This document shows positions 1 to 14,159 of a stretch of DNA of 64,000 nt, piece by piece. Position numbers and translations under genes: made by a program. The notes below the pieces were generated by a model. It did no database searches. It saw only the letters and a program-made list of their open reading frames with translations, and was not told where the DNA came from. The first letter of the stretch is position 1. The number at the start of each line of letters is the position of its first letter. The stretch is taken from assembly GCF_006345805.1 (NCBI RefSeq), contig NC_043015.1, positions 37,448,001 to 37,512,000 of the forward strand, read 5' to 3'. This DNA comes from Octopus sinensis. Taxonomy: Eukaryota.

Positions 1-87
1 TACCTGACATTCTCTTACCCACAAAATATGTTTTGTATCTAAATATTATGCTATATCTGTATCCCTATTTGCATCCATTTGTCTATA

Positions 88-95
88 ATCTATCA

Positions 96-146
<51 letters not shown>

Positions 147-147
147 C

Positions 148-182
<35 letters not shown>

Positions 183-183
183 C

Positions 184-231
<48 letters not shown>

Positions 232-306
232 GTTTCTTTATTCCTCTCGTTACAGATATGTGTACACGTGAAAAAGATATTGAAAGAAAGGGAGCTGTGT
301 CTCTTC

Positions 307-371
<65 letters not shown>

Positions 372-384
372 AATCTATCTATCT
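88..384. repeat. (CTAT)n/(GATA)n microsatellite, two blocks
   Basis: Direct reading; explains the IYLS/SIYL ORFs at 33-455. Confidence 0.97.
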
Positions 385-2181
385 GTATGTCTGTCTTTAA
401 TTTATTATTTGCTCCACTTCCTGTGACAATTGTTTTTACTCTCCAAAATAAATAAACAAATAAACAAATCTAATTACCATCTATATAAAGTAAACTTGAC
501 AATTCGCTTCTTCGGTTTGTTTTTGTATATTTTTGATAACAATCTTCTTCATGTTATTTTTGTTGTGGTGGTGGTTATCGTTGTTGTTTTTGTTGTCACA
601 TTGTTGACTGTTCAAGTGAAATTTCAATTATTCTGCGGGAATTGGAAATAAATAAATTTAGAAAACAACAAAGTACATAATACAATTGTATTGCAAGTTG
701 GTTTTTGTCTCTTTTATCTGTGTATGTTTTTCATTTTATTTTATTTCCTTTTATTTATGTATTTGTATTTTCTTTTATATTTTTTGCATTATTACGGTGG
801 CGCTGATGGCTGCGGAGGGAAAATGAAGTTTGATGTTTTATGCAAACAATAACCATTCTCGAGTTACTTTACCGAGGAAAAAACATTATAGAGATTCTAT
901 ATTTCAAATAACTTTTGAAAGAATTTTCACCGTTGCACGGTTGAATGGTGAATGTACAAATAATATATAAAACAAAACACGACAGGGTTGGCAAAACAAA
1001 CAAACAAAAACAACCAATTATTCAATCTGAGGTGAGTAGTTAAAATTTTGAATTGAAATTAGTTCAAAAGTAATAAGATCACTAACCGGAAGTTGTTATT
1101 GAAAATGGCGAATATCTTTCAGTGTTGCGTGAATTTATATGATTGAAGACTGGTGATGAGATTCGAGCTCAGAAAACAGGTATTTTTACTTCCATTCCCC
1201 TTTCTCCTTTTTTCTTTTTTAAATGTGTCAATCATAAAATTAAGGGACAGCATTACAGCCCCATCGACGCTTTGCAGTTTGCCGAGATTAGCATGCGTTG
1301 GTGGAATAATGCACAGGGTTATCCGTAACTTAGTTCCGAAACTCACAACCTGTGAAACTTCGATTAAAAACCGTACCTGGACAGGTGGTGATACTAAACT
1401 TGGTAGACGGATGATGGCTTCTATGTAACGATAGAAAATTTCCGTATGAAGGATTTTCTTCAAAAATATTCCATCAAGAAGACTTGGGTGGCCCCGGGGC
1501 TAGAGTAAGAAATCCCATCGACGGTGTAATACAGTGCAATCAAGATGGATTCCACCAGAAATTTGTGAGGATACAGGCGCAAGAGTGTTTTTTGTTGTTT
1601 ATGGTAATCCTACGTCAACTTGGATAAAATTTACGAGGGCCTTCCAATCATAACAACATCATCTAATTTTTTGTGGTTTTTTTTTTGTTGCTTTGTTTTC
1701 AAGCATTGTATATGTATGAAATGACATGTTTGCCCTTATTCTATCCATCTTCTTTTAGCTTGTATATGCCACGAGAGTATAAGACTGCAGATGGCATGAA
1801 TGCTTTCTGAGCTGTTTTCATCACATGGAACTAAGAGCAGCTCATAAAAATAAATACTATTTAAGTAATATCTTTTTCTCACCAGATGAAGTACTTTTAT
1901 TGTTGAGCTTACATTATATATAAAGAGAGAGAGAGAGAGGTTATGAGAGTCAATAGTGTCAGGTAATGCTGAGTAAGTGCTATGGATTGACCATAGTTAA
2001 GCTCCAGGTTCTGTGATTATGCGTAGATCATATATTAGTGTGTGTAAGCATGATTTTATTTTTAGAACGGTTTAAAAAACCAAAGGTGTGAAGATTTTAG
2101 AACATTTATAAATAAAAGGTCTTAGAACTGTTTCCAGGATATTTATTATATTCCTTTATCGGAGACAGTGTGAGAAAATGG

Positions 2182-2253
<72 letters not shown>

Positions 2254-2356
2254 TTATATAATGTATATCTGTGTGGTGTGTGTGTGTGTGTTTATATTTA
2301 TATACGTGTGTGTGTTGTATGTGTGTGATTTTAGCTCATGCTTTACGTTGTATTAT

Positions 2357-2490
2357 TATTCCTGATGTAATCTCCAGGGATACAGGCATCCAGCAACAGG
2401 ACCTACGTAATGCTATGATGGACCGTGAAGTCTGGCGTAACATAGTAAATTCCATTGTCTCGACCACGGTCGAACAATGATGATGATGAT
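2357..2490 (+). mobile_element. 3' end of an RTE-clade LINE, 5'-truncated, with (ATG)n tail
   Basis: Translates PDVISRDTGIQQQDLRNAMMDREVWRNIVNSIVSTTVEQ*, matching the recalled RTE C-terminal DTG...AM.DR..WR motif. The stop at 2478-2480 runs into a short TGA/ATG repeat tail. Confidence 0.8.
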
Positions 2491-3613
2491 TATTCCTTAA
2501 TTAATTATATCCATTAATTTGTTGTTACTCTCAGGAACTGTAATAGACTCCTACCAACCTAAATTATATTTTAGCCCCTTTTCATAGTTTAAAACCTGAT
2601 GAGCCGTAAACATGCACGGCGGTAATATGATTCGTTGAAGAGATCTAAATTTCATTTTATTTTACATGTACCATATATCTATGTCGGCATTATCCTAGGT
2701 GTCCTTCCTTTCTGATAAGCGTAGGCTGTGTTTTAAAGGGGATTTGACTGCTGTATCTAGTAAGTGGAGGTGTGTATGTTAAATGGGCGTGATTGACTTT
2801 AGAATCGAGATGAAATCATTAGAATACACCTTTTTAATAAAGAATGGGAGAACGGAACATAAATTCAGGTATGTGGAACCTTGACTCTTGCATGAAACAT
2901 TGGCTCCTTATATTGAACATTTAGCCGTGAGGTAATGAGAAACCGTGACTTTGATTTATTAAAGAAGTTCCTAGCTGTTTAAATGAAATGTAAAGTTTAC
3001 CAGCAGCTAATGGAAACCTATGTCATCAGATGTATATTTATGAAGTTTTATGTAAGTTTATCGTGTGCGTATTTGTAAAGACGCAAAGATATTGAGGTGT
3101 GTTAATTGATGATACAAATCAAATACTGAGACGTGAATAACAATTAGTATTGGAAAGCAATGAATCTCCTGCTTTTGGGATCGAAGCAATTCGTTGTTTC
3201 CTAATATGTCTGGCACCAGTTCCCAACACACCATACAGTGTTGATATATCATTTTCAGTTTTAGAAACCAGGAACTCCCCATAAGAATATGGCAACATTT
3301 GTGTTTCATTCTCTTGTAAAATACTTGGGGAGAATAATTGAAGTGACATTAGCAAACGCGCACACACACATACACACACATATGCATATACATATGTGTG
3401 TGTAGCTTTGGAGAACCCGGAAGTGTGTAACTTTGAGGAAACCGGAAGTGTGTAGCTTTGGAGAAACAGCAGTCGATTATATTGTCCTCCGTGTTTGGCG
3501 GATTGTACTTTATCTTTCCGATTCTGGGTGGCTGACATTTAAAATTGAACTCGGCAGGAATTGAAACCCAACTGATTGAAGTATTACAATGTATTTTGTC
3601 TGACGCTCTACTG

Positions 3614-3660
<47 letters not shown>

Positions 3661-4737
3661 CTCTCCCTCTCTCTCTCTCTCTCTCTAATGATCACCTTCA
3701 TTTAATTATATATTGCAATACATTTAGTCTGGGAGTGTCTATTTCTTCCACTTCAGGGAACCATTTAGAAAGGGTTAATACCAATTACCCAATAGTACAT
3801 TCTCACGGGAGTACGAGATTACAATCTGAGAGAGTACAGGCAGTTATGTTGATCTCATTACAGAAATCTAATTCTAATTAAATAAATAAATTTGCGGCTC
3901 GTGCTAACAAGAGACTCTGGGTGGTTACACGGCCTGCTAGAAATAGCAACACATCCGGATGAGATATAATTGTCATATATTTTTGAAAGTGGCATATAAG
4001 GACGGGATGGTCAAAGTGAGGACGCTTTTGATCCGCACTGGCAGAGGACTAAACAACACCAGCCACAAAAATATTAACAACAACATTAACAGTGAATCTC
4101 AACAGACAGATGAAGGTTTAAGAGGATTTTAATGATAATATCAGACCCAAGTGATTTAAAAATCAAAAATTAAAAGTCCATAATTAAATTTTACGGAGTA
4201 TTTTGGCAGACACTCAAGCGATGTATGTATTGATCACTTATCGAGCAATATTGTGATCAAATATTGTTTAAATTGGGAGGAATTAATTAATCAATGTTAA
4301 TCTTTTTGTAATCGTTTGTTCAGAGAAGGGCGGATCCTGCCCTTAATGGCCTCTTTTATAGGCTTTGTAGATGATGGGAGGAGGAAATGAGAAAATTATC
4401 CAGCCGCAGGAGGCATACACCAATTGCATGTTCTTAAATGGAGTTCACTAAAGCTACACACGGGACACATGAATCCTCTATATCAAAGCATTGGTCGAGT
4501 TTAGTTGAAGGGATTTATTTTAACAATCGCAAAATTATGAAAAACAACGTCTCGCGAGATTCAAAATCAAAAGATAAACGGAAACCCCGTTGGATTTTTT
4601 AACAAAAGTACTTGAGTGTGGGACTTTACATTTAGCAACTCCAAAGAATGAGATTCTAATGATGACTGCTAGCACGGATATTATAACTTAGAAAATATAG
4701 AAATGCAAACAGCAAGCAACAATAGAGTTTTCCACAC

Positions 4738-4958
4738 ACCTATTTCTTTACTACCCACAAGGGGCTAAGCATAGAGGGGACAAAGAAGGACAGACAAAGG
4801 GATTAAGTCGATTATATAGACCCCAGTGCGTAACTTGTACTTATTTAATCGACCCCGAAAGGATCAAAAGCAAAGTCGACCTTGGCGGAATTTGAACTCA
4901 GAACGAAATACCGCTCAGCATTTCGCCCGGCGTGCTAACGTCTCTGCCAGCTCGCCGC
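4738..4958 (-). mobile_element. tRNA-derived SINE, family A
   Basis: Minus strand has head GCGGCGAGCTGGCAGAGACGTTAGCACGCCGGGCGAAATG, B-box-like GTTCAAATTCC and central GTCGACTTTGCTTTTGATCCTTTCGGGGTCGAT. The central part resembles the Meta/MESC SINE domain from recall. Homologous to the copies at 5.3, 10.5, 11.1 and 33.4 kb. Confidence 0.9.
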
Positions 4959-5342
4959 TTTAGAGTTTTCTACATACCATAACGATTCTGCCGTCGACTA
5001 GATCTGGATAAACAATGGTACTATTGATATTCGATCGGAAAAATGGAAAAAACGTCTCCGAGGTTTGATCTCAAAATGTATATATTTGTGTTTAAAAATC
5101 ATTAGTTTTGTTTATTAACAGATGAAAAGGCCATAGGTTATGGACAAAAGTTCGTATGAGAGTAGATTAATCCAGACCGGCTCTGGAGAAGTCAAGAAAG
5201 AAACGCAAAGCTGTGTGAAAAACCGGGATTTGAACTCAGAGCACAAAGAACTATAACAAGGTACCACAAGATATTTTGATGCTTTTATTGCCATAGCACC
5301 CACCGTTATTATAAGTGTAGTAATTATTGATGTTATCTATAA

Positions 5343-5540
5343 GGCAGCGTGCTGACCGAATCGCTACCGCCTCGGCTAAAATGTTTAGCAGTATCTCTTC
5401 CGATTTTAAGTTCTGAGATCAAACTGCGCCGAGGCCGACTTTGACTTTCATCCTTCGGAGTCGCTAAAGTAAGTAACAGCTGAATATTGGTGTCGATTTA
5501 ATAGACTTAATCCTGCCGGCCTTGTGCCAAAATTTGAAAT
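5343..5540 (+). mobile_element. SINE family A, diverged copy
   Basis: GTTCTGAGATCAAACTGCGCCGAGGCCGACTTTGACTTTCATCCTTCGGAGTCG aligns by eye with the reverse complement of 4738-4958. Confidence 0.8.
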
Positions 5541-7271
5541 CAATATCAAGTTATCGATGTTTTTGTACCAATAATAACGTGTCCTAACTTAAGTACTCGG
5601 TTCGATTTGAGCAGAGAACATCTACAGCTGAAACAAACAGCACAAAACCTAATGAATGTGCCATTCCTTTCATTCTTACATTTTAGTGATAGACTCTAAA
5701 GTGTGAGGCGTCAGTCATTGATATCGCATACTGCACTCGAGCGAAAACTTTATTGTATTGCGTCAGTAGTAATGCCACACAATGTCAGCAGCAACATCAA
5801 ACAACATTTATCCTTTGATGTTGCTGTGTCAAAGCAACCGCTTCCATTTTGTAACCGAGGCACAATACCAACGAAAACGACCTTGCTTGGGTTGAAAGTC
5901 AGAACACGTAGAGGCAGAAGAAGGTGAAGCATTTATTTTATCCATCTCTCCACACGATTCTTTTAACGTTTATCATGTTAAGAGTGTTCAAATTGATAAT
6001 ATCAACGTGATTTCGCCAACAACAAGAAAAAAATGGCTTCTAATTTAGGGATAAGGTCGAGAGTTTTGAGGAGAGGGAATTATTGATGTGTTTGAACAGG
6101 GTACTTGTCTGGTGCTTTATTTTATGGAACCCGAAGTAACCAAAGATAAGTTTGCATAATTCTATATTTCGAATCAGAAACTAAAAATACGGTAGCACGC
6201 ATGATAGCATTTTATTTGTCGCTCTTGCAATTCTCTCAGCGATTAACCCAGGAAGCGCTGGGATTTGAACTTACATAGCATGGACTGCTGAGCACATTTT
6301 ATGGAAATGAGACAACCATGCACACAAAAACAAAAAATAGTTAAAATATCTTCTTAGTATATAATGGTGAGTGAACATGATTGATAGATACTGTATGGAA
6401 GCCCCCTCATATATGAATGTGTGCCTGTGTGCGGAGGGTTGACATTGTGTGTATCCGGCCAGCACTGCTTGGTTTGTTTCCGTCTCCGTTAACTAGTGCT
6501 TCGGCAAAAGACGGAAGCCCAGCCTGTCCTATGACTGCGATCAGTAAAAAAATAGTTAAAATATCTTCTTAGTATATAATGGTGAGTGAACATGATTGAT
6601 AGATACTGTATGGAAGCCCCCTCATACATATATATGAATGTGTGCCTGTGTGCGGAGGGTTGACATTGTGTGTATCCGGCCAGCAATGCTTGGTTTGTTT
6701 CCGTCTCCGTTAACTAGTGCTTCGGCAAAAGACGGAAGCCCAACCTGTCCTATGACTGCGATCAGTAAAAATATAAAACATAATCACAAGACCTGGGGAA
6801 GGGAAATTCCTGATTTATCTACGTCTGTTTCATCGAATCGGGATAACTTCATTGCAAACTTGGTCTCCACAAGATTTGAACGATAAATGTAAAGAATCAG
6901 GAAAGCTAAAATACTGAAAGTTAATTTAAGCGTCTTCCTTCCAGAATCTATCATTCTAAGACTATTAATATTGAAAATAATCGAACGTATTCTTCCGAAC
7001 AGTAAAAACAACACTAATAATGATAGGTTATAACGATATCAAACCGGCGTTCGATTATATTTCGAATTCTTTTGAAATAATAAAATTCGAGAAATAATTT
7101 TTTTAAATCAATACAAATCTAAAAACGAAAATATTCCGAAACAATAAACAGCCTCCCCACCGCAAAAATTACCCATGAATACAAATAAGGTCTTTCTTTG
7201 CCAATTTTAAAAATTCCTCTGTGTATATGTTATATATATTATTATGTGGGTGTGTTTGTGTGTATATATAT

Positions 7272-7314
<43 letters not shown>

Positions 7315-7320
7315 GTATGT

Positions 7321-7356
<36 letters not shown>

Positions 7357-7561
7357 TATATATATATATATCTATATGTATATATATATGTATATATATA
7401 TGTATATGCATTATATATATATTATATATGTATATATATAACACAATATATATATATATATATACATATAGATATTTATGTATTTAAGCATACAACACAT
7501 ATAGACAAATGTGTACATTTATGTGTGTATGTATATCTGTACATGTATATGTACACACACA

Positions 7562-7600
<39 letters not shown>

Positions 7601-8173
7601 TACATATATACATAAATATATATATATATATATATACATATATACAAATATATACATGTATATATATATATATATTATATATATACATGTACATGATATA
7701 AATATATATGTAAAGAGAGAGAGAGACAGAGACAGAGAAAGAGAGAGCCAGAGACAGACAGACAGACAGACAGAGGCAGAGAGACGTGTTTGTGTGTGTG
7801 TGTTCATTATTAAAACGAAATAAGTCTATTTTTTGTATTTTGATAATACATATCTTTCATCGGGGTGGTGTTCCGGGTAGTGGCGCGAGTCACACGCTGC
7901 CTGTGTGTATCTATAAACATTGCTGTGTCTCAATTAACTCCGACACTATCATTGCGGTGTGTTTCTTAATATCGATCACTGGCAACATTATCACAGCCTG
8001 CCGTTATTTACTCTTAACACTGATCGCATCTTAACAGAGCTGCACCACCGGCGAGTCGCTCTCTCACTATACAACCACTCTTGTTTTACACACACACACA
8101 CACACACTCTCTCTCTCTCTGCGCGTCTACTACTACTGTTACTACTGCTTCTACGACTATTGCTACTAAAATG

Positions 8174-8795
8174 AGTAGTAGTAGTAGCAGTAGTAGTAGG
8201 AGTAGTAGGAGTAGTAGAGGTAGTAGTAGTAGTAGTAGTAGAGGTAGTAGTAGTAGTAGAGGTAGTAGTAGTAGTAGTAGCAGTTGTTGTGGTGGTGGTG
8301 GTTCTCGTAAAATTAATAGTAACGGCATTCATTAATAGATGTTATAGTAGTAGTTAACAAAAGCATCAGTGGTACTAGTAGTAGTAGTAGTAGGAGGAGG
8401 AGGAGGAGCTGTAGTAGTAGTAGTGGAAGTGTTAATAGTTACTGTTTGTAGTAGTAGTAATGCAAGAATGAGCAACCAGCTGTAGAAGTTGTAGATGTCA
8501 TAGTAGTAGTAGTAGTAGTAGTAGTAGCAGCAGGACTAGTAGTAGTAGTAGTAGTAGTAGTAGTAGCAGCAGCAGCAGGAATAGTAGTAGTAGTAGTAGT
8601 AGTAGTTGTAGTAGTAGTAGTAGTAGTAGTAGCAGCAGTAGCAGGAATAGTAGTAGTAGTGTTTGTAGTAGTAGTAGTCGTAGTGGTAGTAGTAGTAGCA
8701 GCAGCAGGAGAAATATTAGTAGTAGTAGTAGCAGCAGCAAAAGTAGTGGTAGTAGCAAATGTAGTAGTAGTAGTATTGGTAGTAGTAGTAGTAGT
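8174..8795. repeat. (AGT)n/(AGC)n compound trinucleotide microsatellite
   Basis: Direct reading; source of the poly-L/poly-S/poly-T ORFs. Confidence 0.95.
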
Positions 8796-9310
8796 TCGTC
8801 TCGGTTTTTATTTTGGTTATGTGGTGTTATGAAACGCTATGCTTATTTTGTCATCGTTGCTGTCGTCATTGGTGCTGCTGCTGCTGCTGCTGCTGCTGCT
8901 TCGCCCGTGGCTACGGTTGCATCGCCGCAGGTCATTCCTGACTGAGCAGACACACCGTCAAGGCCGACCATCACTATGAAGGTGGTGTGTTGACGACGAT
9001 GGCGGCACATGATGTAACGGTGGGAATTACGTCGACGGTGGTGACGTCTGTTGGTGATGACGCTAATGACGACGACACTGATGGTGATTTTAGTGATGAT
9101 GGTGGATATGGAGAAGGTGTTGATGGGGGTGCTGTTGTCGTAGATGGCAGTGGTGGTGGTGGCGGCGGTGGTATGATATTGATGGTGATAGCGACGGTCT
9201 TCATGGTGATGAGGATGGTGATGATGATGAATGTCAGTGATGCTGTTGATGTTATTGTTCGTATTGATGATGACAATGTTGATAATGTTGTTGGTGATAT
9301 TATTTCTTTT

Positions 9311-9464
<154 letters not shown>

Positions 9465-10208
9465 TCTTTTTTGTGTTTGTGTTTAATTGTTTTTCTCACC
9501 GTTGATGGCATTTGAAAATTTTTCGAATTAAATTACAAAAATCGATATTCGTGCAAAAGAAGAGTTTAAACAGCTCTAATAAAATGATCACTGCATATTG
9601 ACGTCATTCTCGTTTGCATGGCGAGATGAATTGAAGCTGATGAAGAACGAAAGGAAAAATGCCATCCGAAAACCTTTCAAAAAAAAAAAAGGCAGATCCT
9701 CTCTCCTTTTTCAAATTTTTGCCATGGAAAATTCCAACTTTAAAATAATGTCTTACAGTAGAACGATTTAGTTTCATTTACACAACCCCAAAATCACTTT
9801 AAATGTCACGTGAGCGTTCTGAATGCAGTATAATGGGCTGTAGATTTTTGTGGCTCGGCCCTGCGTTCTGTATTTGCATATTTCGTCCTTATCGTATTCG
9901 GCGAAATCTTTAACAAAGAGATGCACGGTTTACCATGACTTTATCAAACACGTGAAATATATATATTTTTGTTAACTACGGCCGGAAATTGAACTCCCAT
10001 TAAGTTAACTGTGTCTCCATTGTTATAAGGAGAACACTTGGTGGGTCTCCAAGCGGCCATGTTTTTTTCTTATACTGGCTGGGCTTCGATGCAGTGTGGG
10101 GATCAAAACAGATGGGGTGGTCAAGGTAGGATTACGTTTTGATCAAAGTTATGCTTGATGCAAGATTAGCTACGGTTAAATAACCATTATATCAAAGATA
10201 ACAACAAT

Positions 10209-10240
<32 letters not shown>

Positions 10241-10421
10241 TATCTTATGCCACAACTACCACTAGACCTACTACTACCGTGTATACGCATGCATATATAA
10301 CATTCTGAATTATTCGTGGCCCATTTCTCTTGAAATATCCACAATAGTTTTATTGTCTGTTTTATTTGTAAAACGTTTTCAATCTCCTAGTTTCTTCTTT
10401 TTCTTCTTTTTAATATTTCTA

Positions 10422-10460
<39 letters not shown>

Positions 10461-10673
10461 CAGAATCGTTAGCATGCCGGAAAAAATGCTAAGCCACATT
10501 TCGTCCGTCATGGTTCTCTGAATTCAAATTCTACCAAAGTTAACTTTACCTTTCGTCCCTTCAGGATGAATAGAATAAGTCTCGGCTGAGCATTAGGGCC
10601 GATATAATCGATTAGTTACACCCTCCCCCGCTGCCCACATTTCAGGTTTTGTGCCTACAGAAGAAATGGTTAT
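10461..10673 (+). mobile_element. SINE family A, diverged copy
   Basis: CAGAATCGTTAGCATGCCGG...GAATTCAAATTCTACCAAAGTTAACTTTACCTTTCGTCCCTTC follows the same head, B-box and central domain order. Confidence 0.75.
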
Positions 10674-11119
10674 CATAATTATTTACTTATTTTATCATTC
10701 ATTTTCCTCTCACATGGTTCTGCGTGTTTTACGTTTCTAATCCGGCATTGCCGAAGTATGATTCACTTGTCATATTTCTGGTACCGCTCCATAAACTAAA
10801 TACCTGAAAAGTTATAATGTGTTCGATATAATCAATAACTCTATCCCACCAATACAATATTCGGTCGCGTGTCTAAATTACTAATCAATATTGTAATTAT
10901 TTATGTGGAATGAGTTTTTTCAAAAATATGTTCCGGAATTAAATTGAAAGTCTTCATAACCTCTCACTATTTTCTTCATCATTAGCAATTATTCGTCATT
11001 AATGTCGTAATTATCATCAGAAATAATTGTTATTTATTAATATTTAAATTTCAATGTTTTATAGCAGAAAACGTCTTCGAATGTGTCAGACGAACAATCT
11101 CGTAATATTTATTTATGTC

Positions 11120-11341
11120 CAGAAGGCGGCGGTGAGCTGACAGAACCGTTAGCACGCCGGTTAAAATGCTCAGCGCCATTTCATCCGTCTAAACGTCCTA
11201 CGTTCAGATACTGCAGAGATTTACTTTGCCCATTCATCCTCGTGGTCGATAAAATAAGTACCATTTGACCTCTGCGATTGATTTAATCGACGTTTCCGCC
11301 TCCGCTGAAATTGCTGGCCTGGTGCTAAAATCTGAAACCAG
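11120..11341 (+). mobile_element. SINE family A with probable 14-bp target-site duplication
   Basis: Head GGCGGTGAGCTGACAGAACCGTTAGCACGCCGG. Flanked by identical TATTTATTTATGTC at 11106-11119 and 11342-11355. A second, truncated head follows at 11361-11408. Confidence 0.85.
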
Positions 11342-11408
11342 TATTTATTTATGTCTAATAAAGCAGTGAGTTGGCAGAAACGTTAGCACATCTGGCGAAA
11401 TGCTAAAC

Positions 11409-12050
11409 ATTTACTAACAAAACTTAGTGCTCCAATTCTTATTGGTACGAATATGAATTCATAATCTCGATATAGGATCTGGAGGTTTCGACGCAGCTAT
11501 CCATAGATATCCTCTTTTTCTTGATTTTCAAAGATATATTTATATCTGCAGGGCAGCTGACCTTTATGAAGGTACATATATTTGCCCCCCAGTCCCAAAG
11601 AACAATATTGGACCTGTTATGTTTACATTTGACAGACGTTTTGATGGGAATATTCCCCCAGAATTTCTTGAGTTGGTGTTTATGAATGTATTCCATTTTA
11701 ATGAGGGATTTCCTAAGTTTATTCAGGACAGACCTGGCATTGTAAATTGTTTCAGCAACAACACCGTGCCACATATGGAGGTAGCACCATGACAGCATTT
11801 TAGGACAGCTGCTAATCACATGCACTGTGTCTCGAGTTCACCAGGTACTTTGTGGCACTCTCCTGTTCCTGGATTGCAAACGCATAGCCTTCAAAGTGTG
11901 ATGTGATATAGTGTTCTTGTGTTTAAGAGAGGCTGCGTTTCATGTCAATTCCACTGTCTTCTTCAAGATTCCGGGCAAGATGTCCATGCATAGATTTCTT
12001 TTTCTGTTAAGTGCTTTCCATCCAAGTTTTCTCTAAGGTAAGAGGGCTCA
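11409..12050 (-). pseudogene. Decayed non-LTR retrotransposon C-terminus (zinc knuckle plus restriction-like endonuclease; R4/NeSL-type)
   Basis: Frameshifted translation includes YITSHFEGYAFAIQEQE, HVISSCPKM, IPIKTSVKCKHNRSNIVLWD, KVSCPAD and VPIRIGAL. These match the recalled HxxxxC knuckle, (R)PDIV...E.SCP.D and P.I.GALG motifs. Confidence 0.8.
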
Positions 12051-12989
12051 GCAGGTTTTGGCTGTATAGATCATCAGGAAGAGGGTGTTTGTATGTATGT
12101 CTGTATGTATGTTTATTCTCCGAGTTTTATTCAAGTTCTTCTTAAGAGTGTTCAAACCGGTCGCTAACAAAGCGTCGAGACGTTTTGTGTGAAGATTGTT
12201 CCCAGTGTTTTTAAATATGGAGTTGAGTTGCCGTATTGTTTGAGCTGTCCAAGTACACCCATGTGTGTGCATCTCTTCATTGAAATAATCTCAGACGGAG
12301 AATCTTTGAAATGTCCTTTGTGCACATGTATATATGTAGTGTATGTCAGTATGTAAGCGTGTGTGTACATATGTGTGTGTGTGTACTAAGATAATGTGAA
12401 ATTAAGAATTGATAAAAAAATCGAATTTCAATAGTTAAAAAGCATAACAGTTAATATCTTTGACAGATCAAAAGATGACAGCTCGATGTATAATGTTAAG
12501 ATAAGTTCAGAAGAGTCGATGTGTGTGTGTGTGCATGCTTCCGCGTTTGGTTGACTGCATAGAAAATGATAGTACTCTCTTTAAAGGTTAACTCGTCAAG
12601 CGCGGGGATGGTGGTGGGTTTCGTAGTTCAGTGGGTAGATGTAGGGGTGGGGAACGTATTTAGCTTTGGTACATGCAGCCATATTTTAAAGATAAAACAC
12701 ACACACACACACAATGAAGTAAAATGATTGGTACACATTCCGTTTTCTTTCTTTTTTTTTTTGGTTTTCCGCTTTTTTTCTTTGTTGAATGTTCGTTTAA
12801 TATATTCCGAATTGTTTTATGTTTCAGGAATTGAAAAGTTAAAAGAGAGATGTCGTACAAATACATTGGCTTTAAGGACCATACAAACACACACATACAC
12901 ATAACCACTCACACATGCATACATAATATACCGAGTACATGAGTGCATATATGAGTATATATATATACACAAACACACAAGTAAATATA

Positions 12990-13076
<87 letters not shown>

Positions 13077-13173
13077 AAAGGTATATGCGTATATAAAAGG
13101 ACCCACGAGTATACGTCAGCATGTGTATATGCATGGATATATGTGTGTGTATGCTAGAGTGAGTGCTTGTGCG

Positions 13174-13221
<48 letters not shown>

Positions 13222-14159
13222 CTAGAGATAGTGTGTTTATAGTCATTGAGGTCTGTGTATATGTTTATATTTAAATCTATACGAATTTATATATCCATCT
13301 ATCTACCTATCTGCCTATCTAGCTATTTATCTACCTATCTATCTATAAATAGATAGACACATAGCTTTGTGTGTACATATATACATATATGCATATGTCT
13401 AAAAATATATGTATATATAAAAAGGAACGATACGTATACAACCACATACATATACATATGTTAATACGTACGTACACACACATTCGCATATGTTTACATA
13501 GACACACACACACTTGCACCTTTACATACAGGACAAATGCACACACACACACACACGCATACATATAGACAGACAGAAACAAGTATGCGCCCACAATTTT
13601 AGGATGATAAATTGTCCGGCTTTCGTTATTTATACAGAGTAAACTACACTATAATTATCCGGTATTTATATCGACATATAGGAAATGAATATACATCAAG
13701 CCGTGTAAATTATAACAAAATGCTGTTCGGTGTTAGACAGGTCTTCATACATATTTGTTAATAGAGAAACACAAAGAACGACACAAAAACACATATGTAC
13801 GTGCTTCTTACTCAATCACATATCATTGTGTGTATTTAATTCTTTGTCAAATCATTTTTCTAACATTTTAATACCGACCTGTATATATTTACACACACAC
13901 ACACACATGTATATACTCATATATATACAAGCATGTATACATACATACAAACATGCATACATACATATTAACGACAAACAAGAAGAATGTAGAGAGGAAG
14001 CCAGTTTACAAAGTTTTCGTCCTAATACAATCTCGAATTTGTATCTTGGTCTGATAGGGAAAATCCGTGGATGAGGATAATACGATAAAAACCAGGGTTA
14101 CATACACCAACCAAATCATAATACACACATTAATACATATACACACATACACATAAGAG

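Noticed and set aside
3398-3467. CRISPR-like repeat array
   Set aside because: The units are contiguous with no spacers, the context is eukaryotic, and there are no cas genes.
12618-12645. A-box-like GGTTTCGTAGTTCAGTGGGTAGA
   Set aside because: No B-box or cloverleaf downstream.
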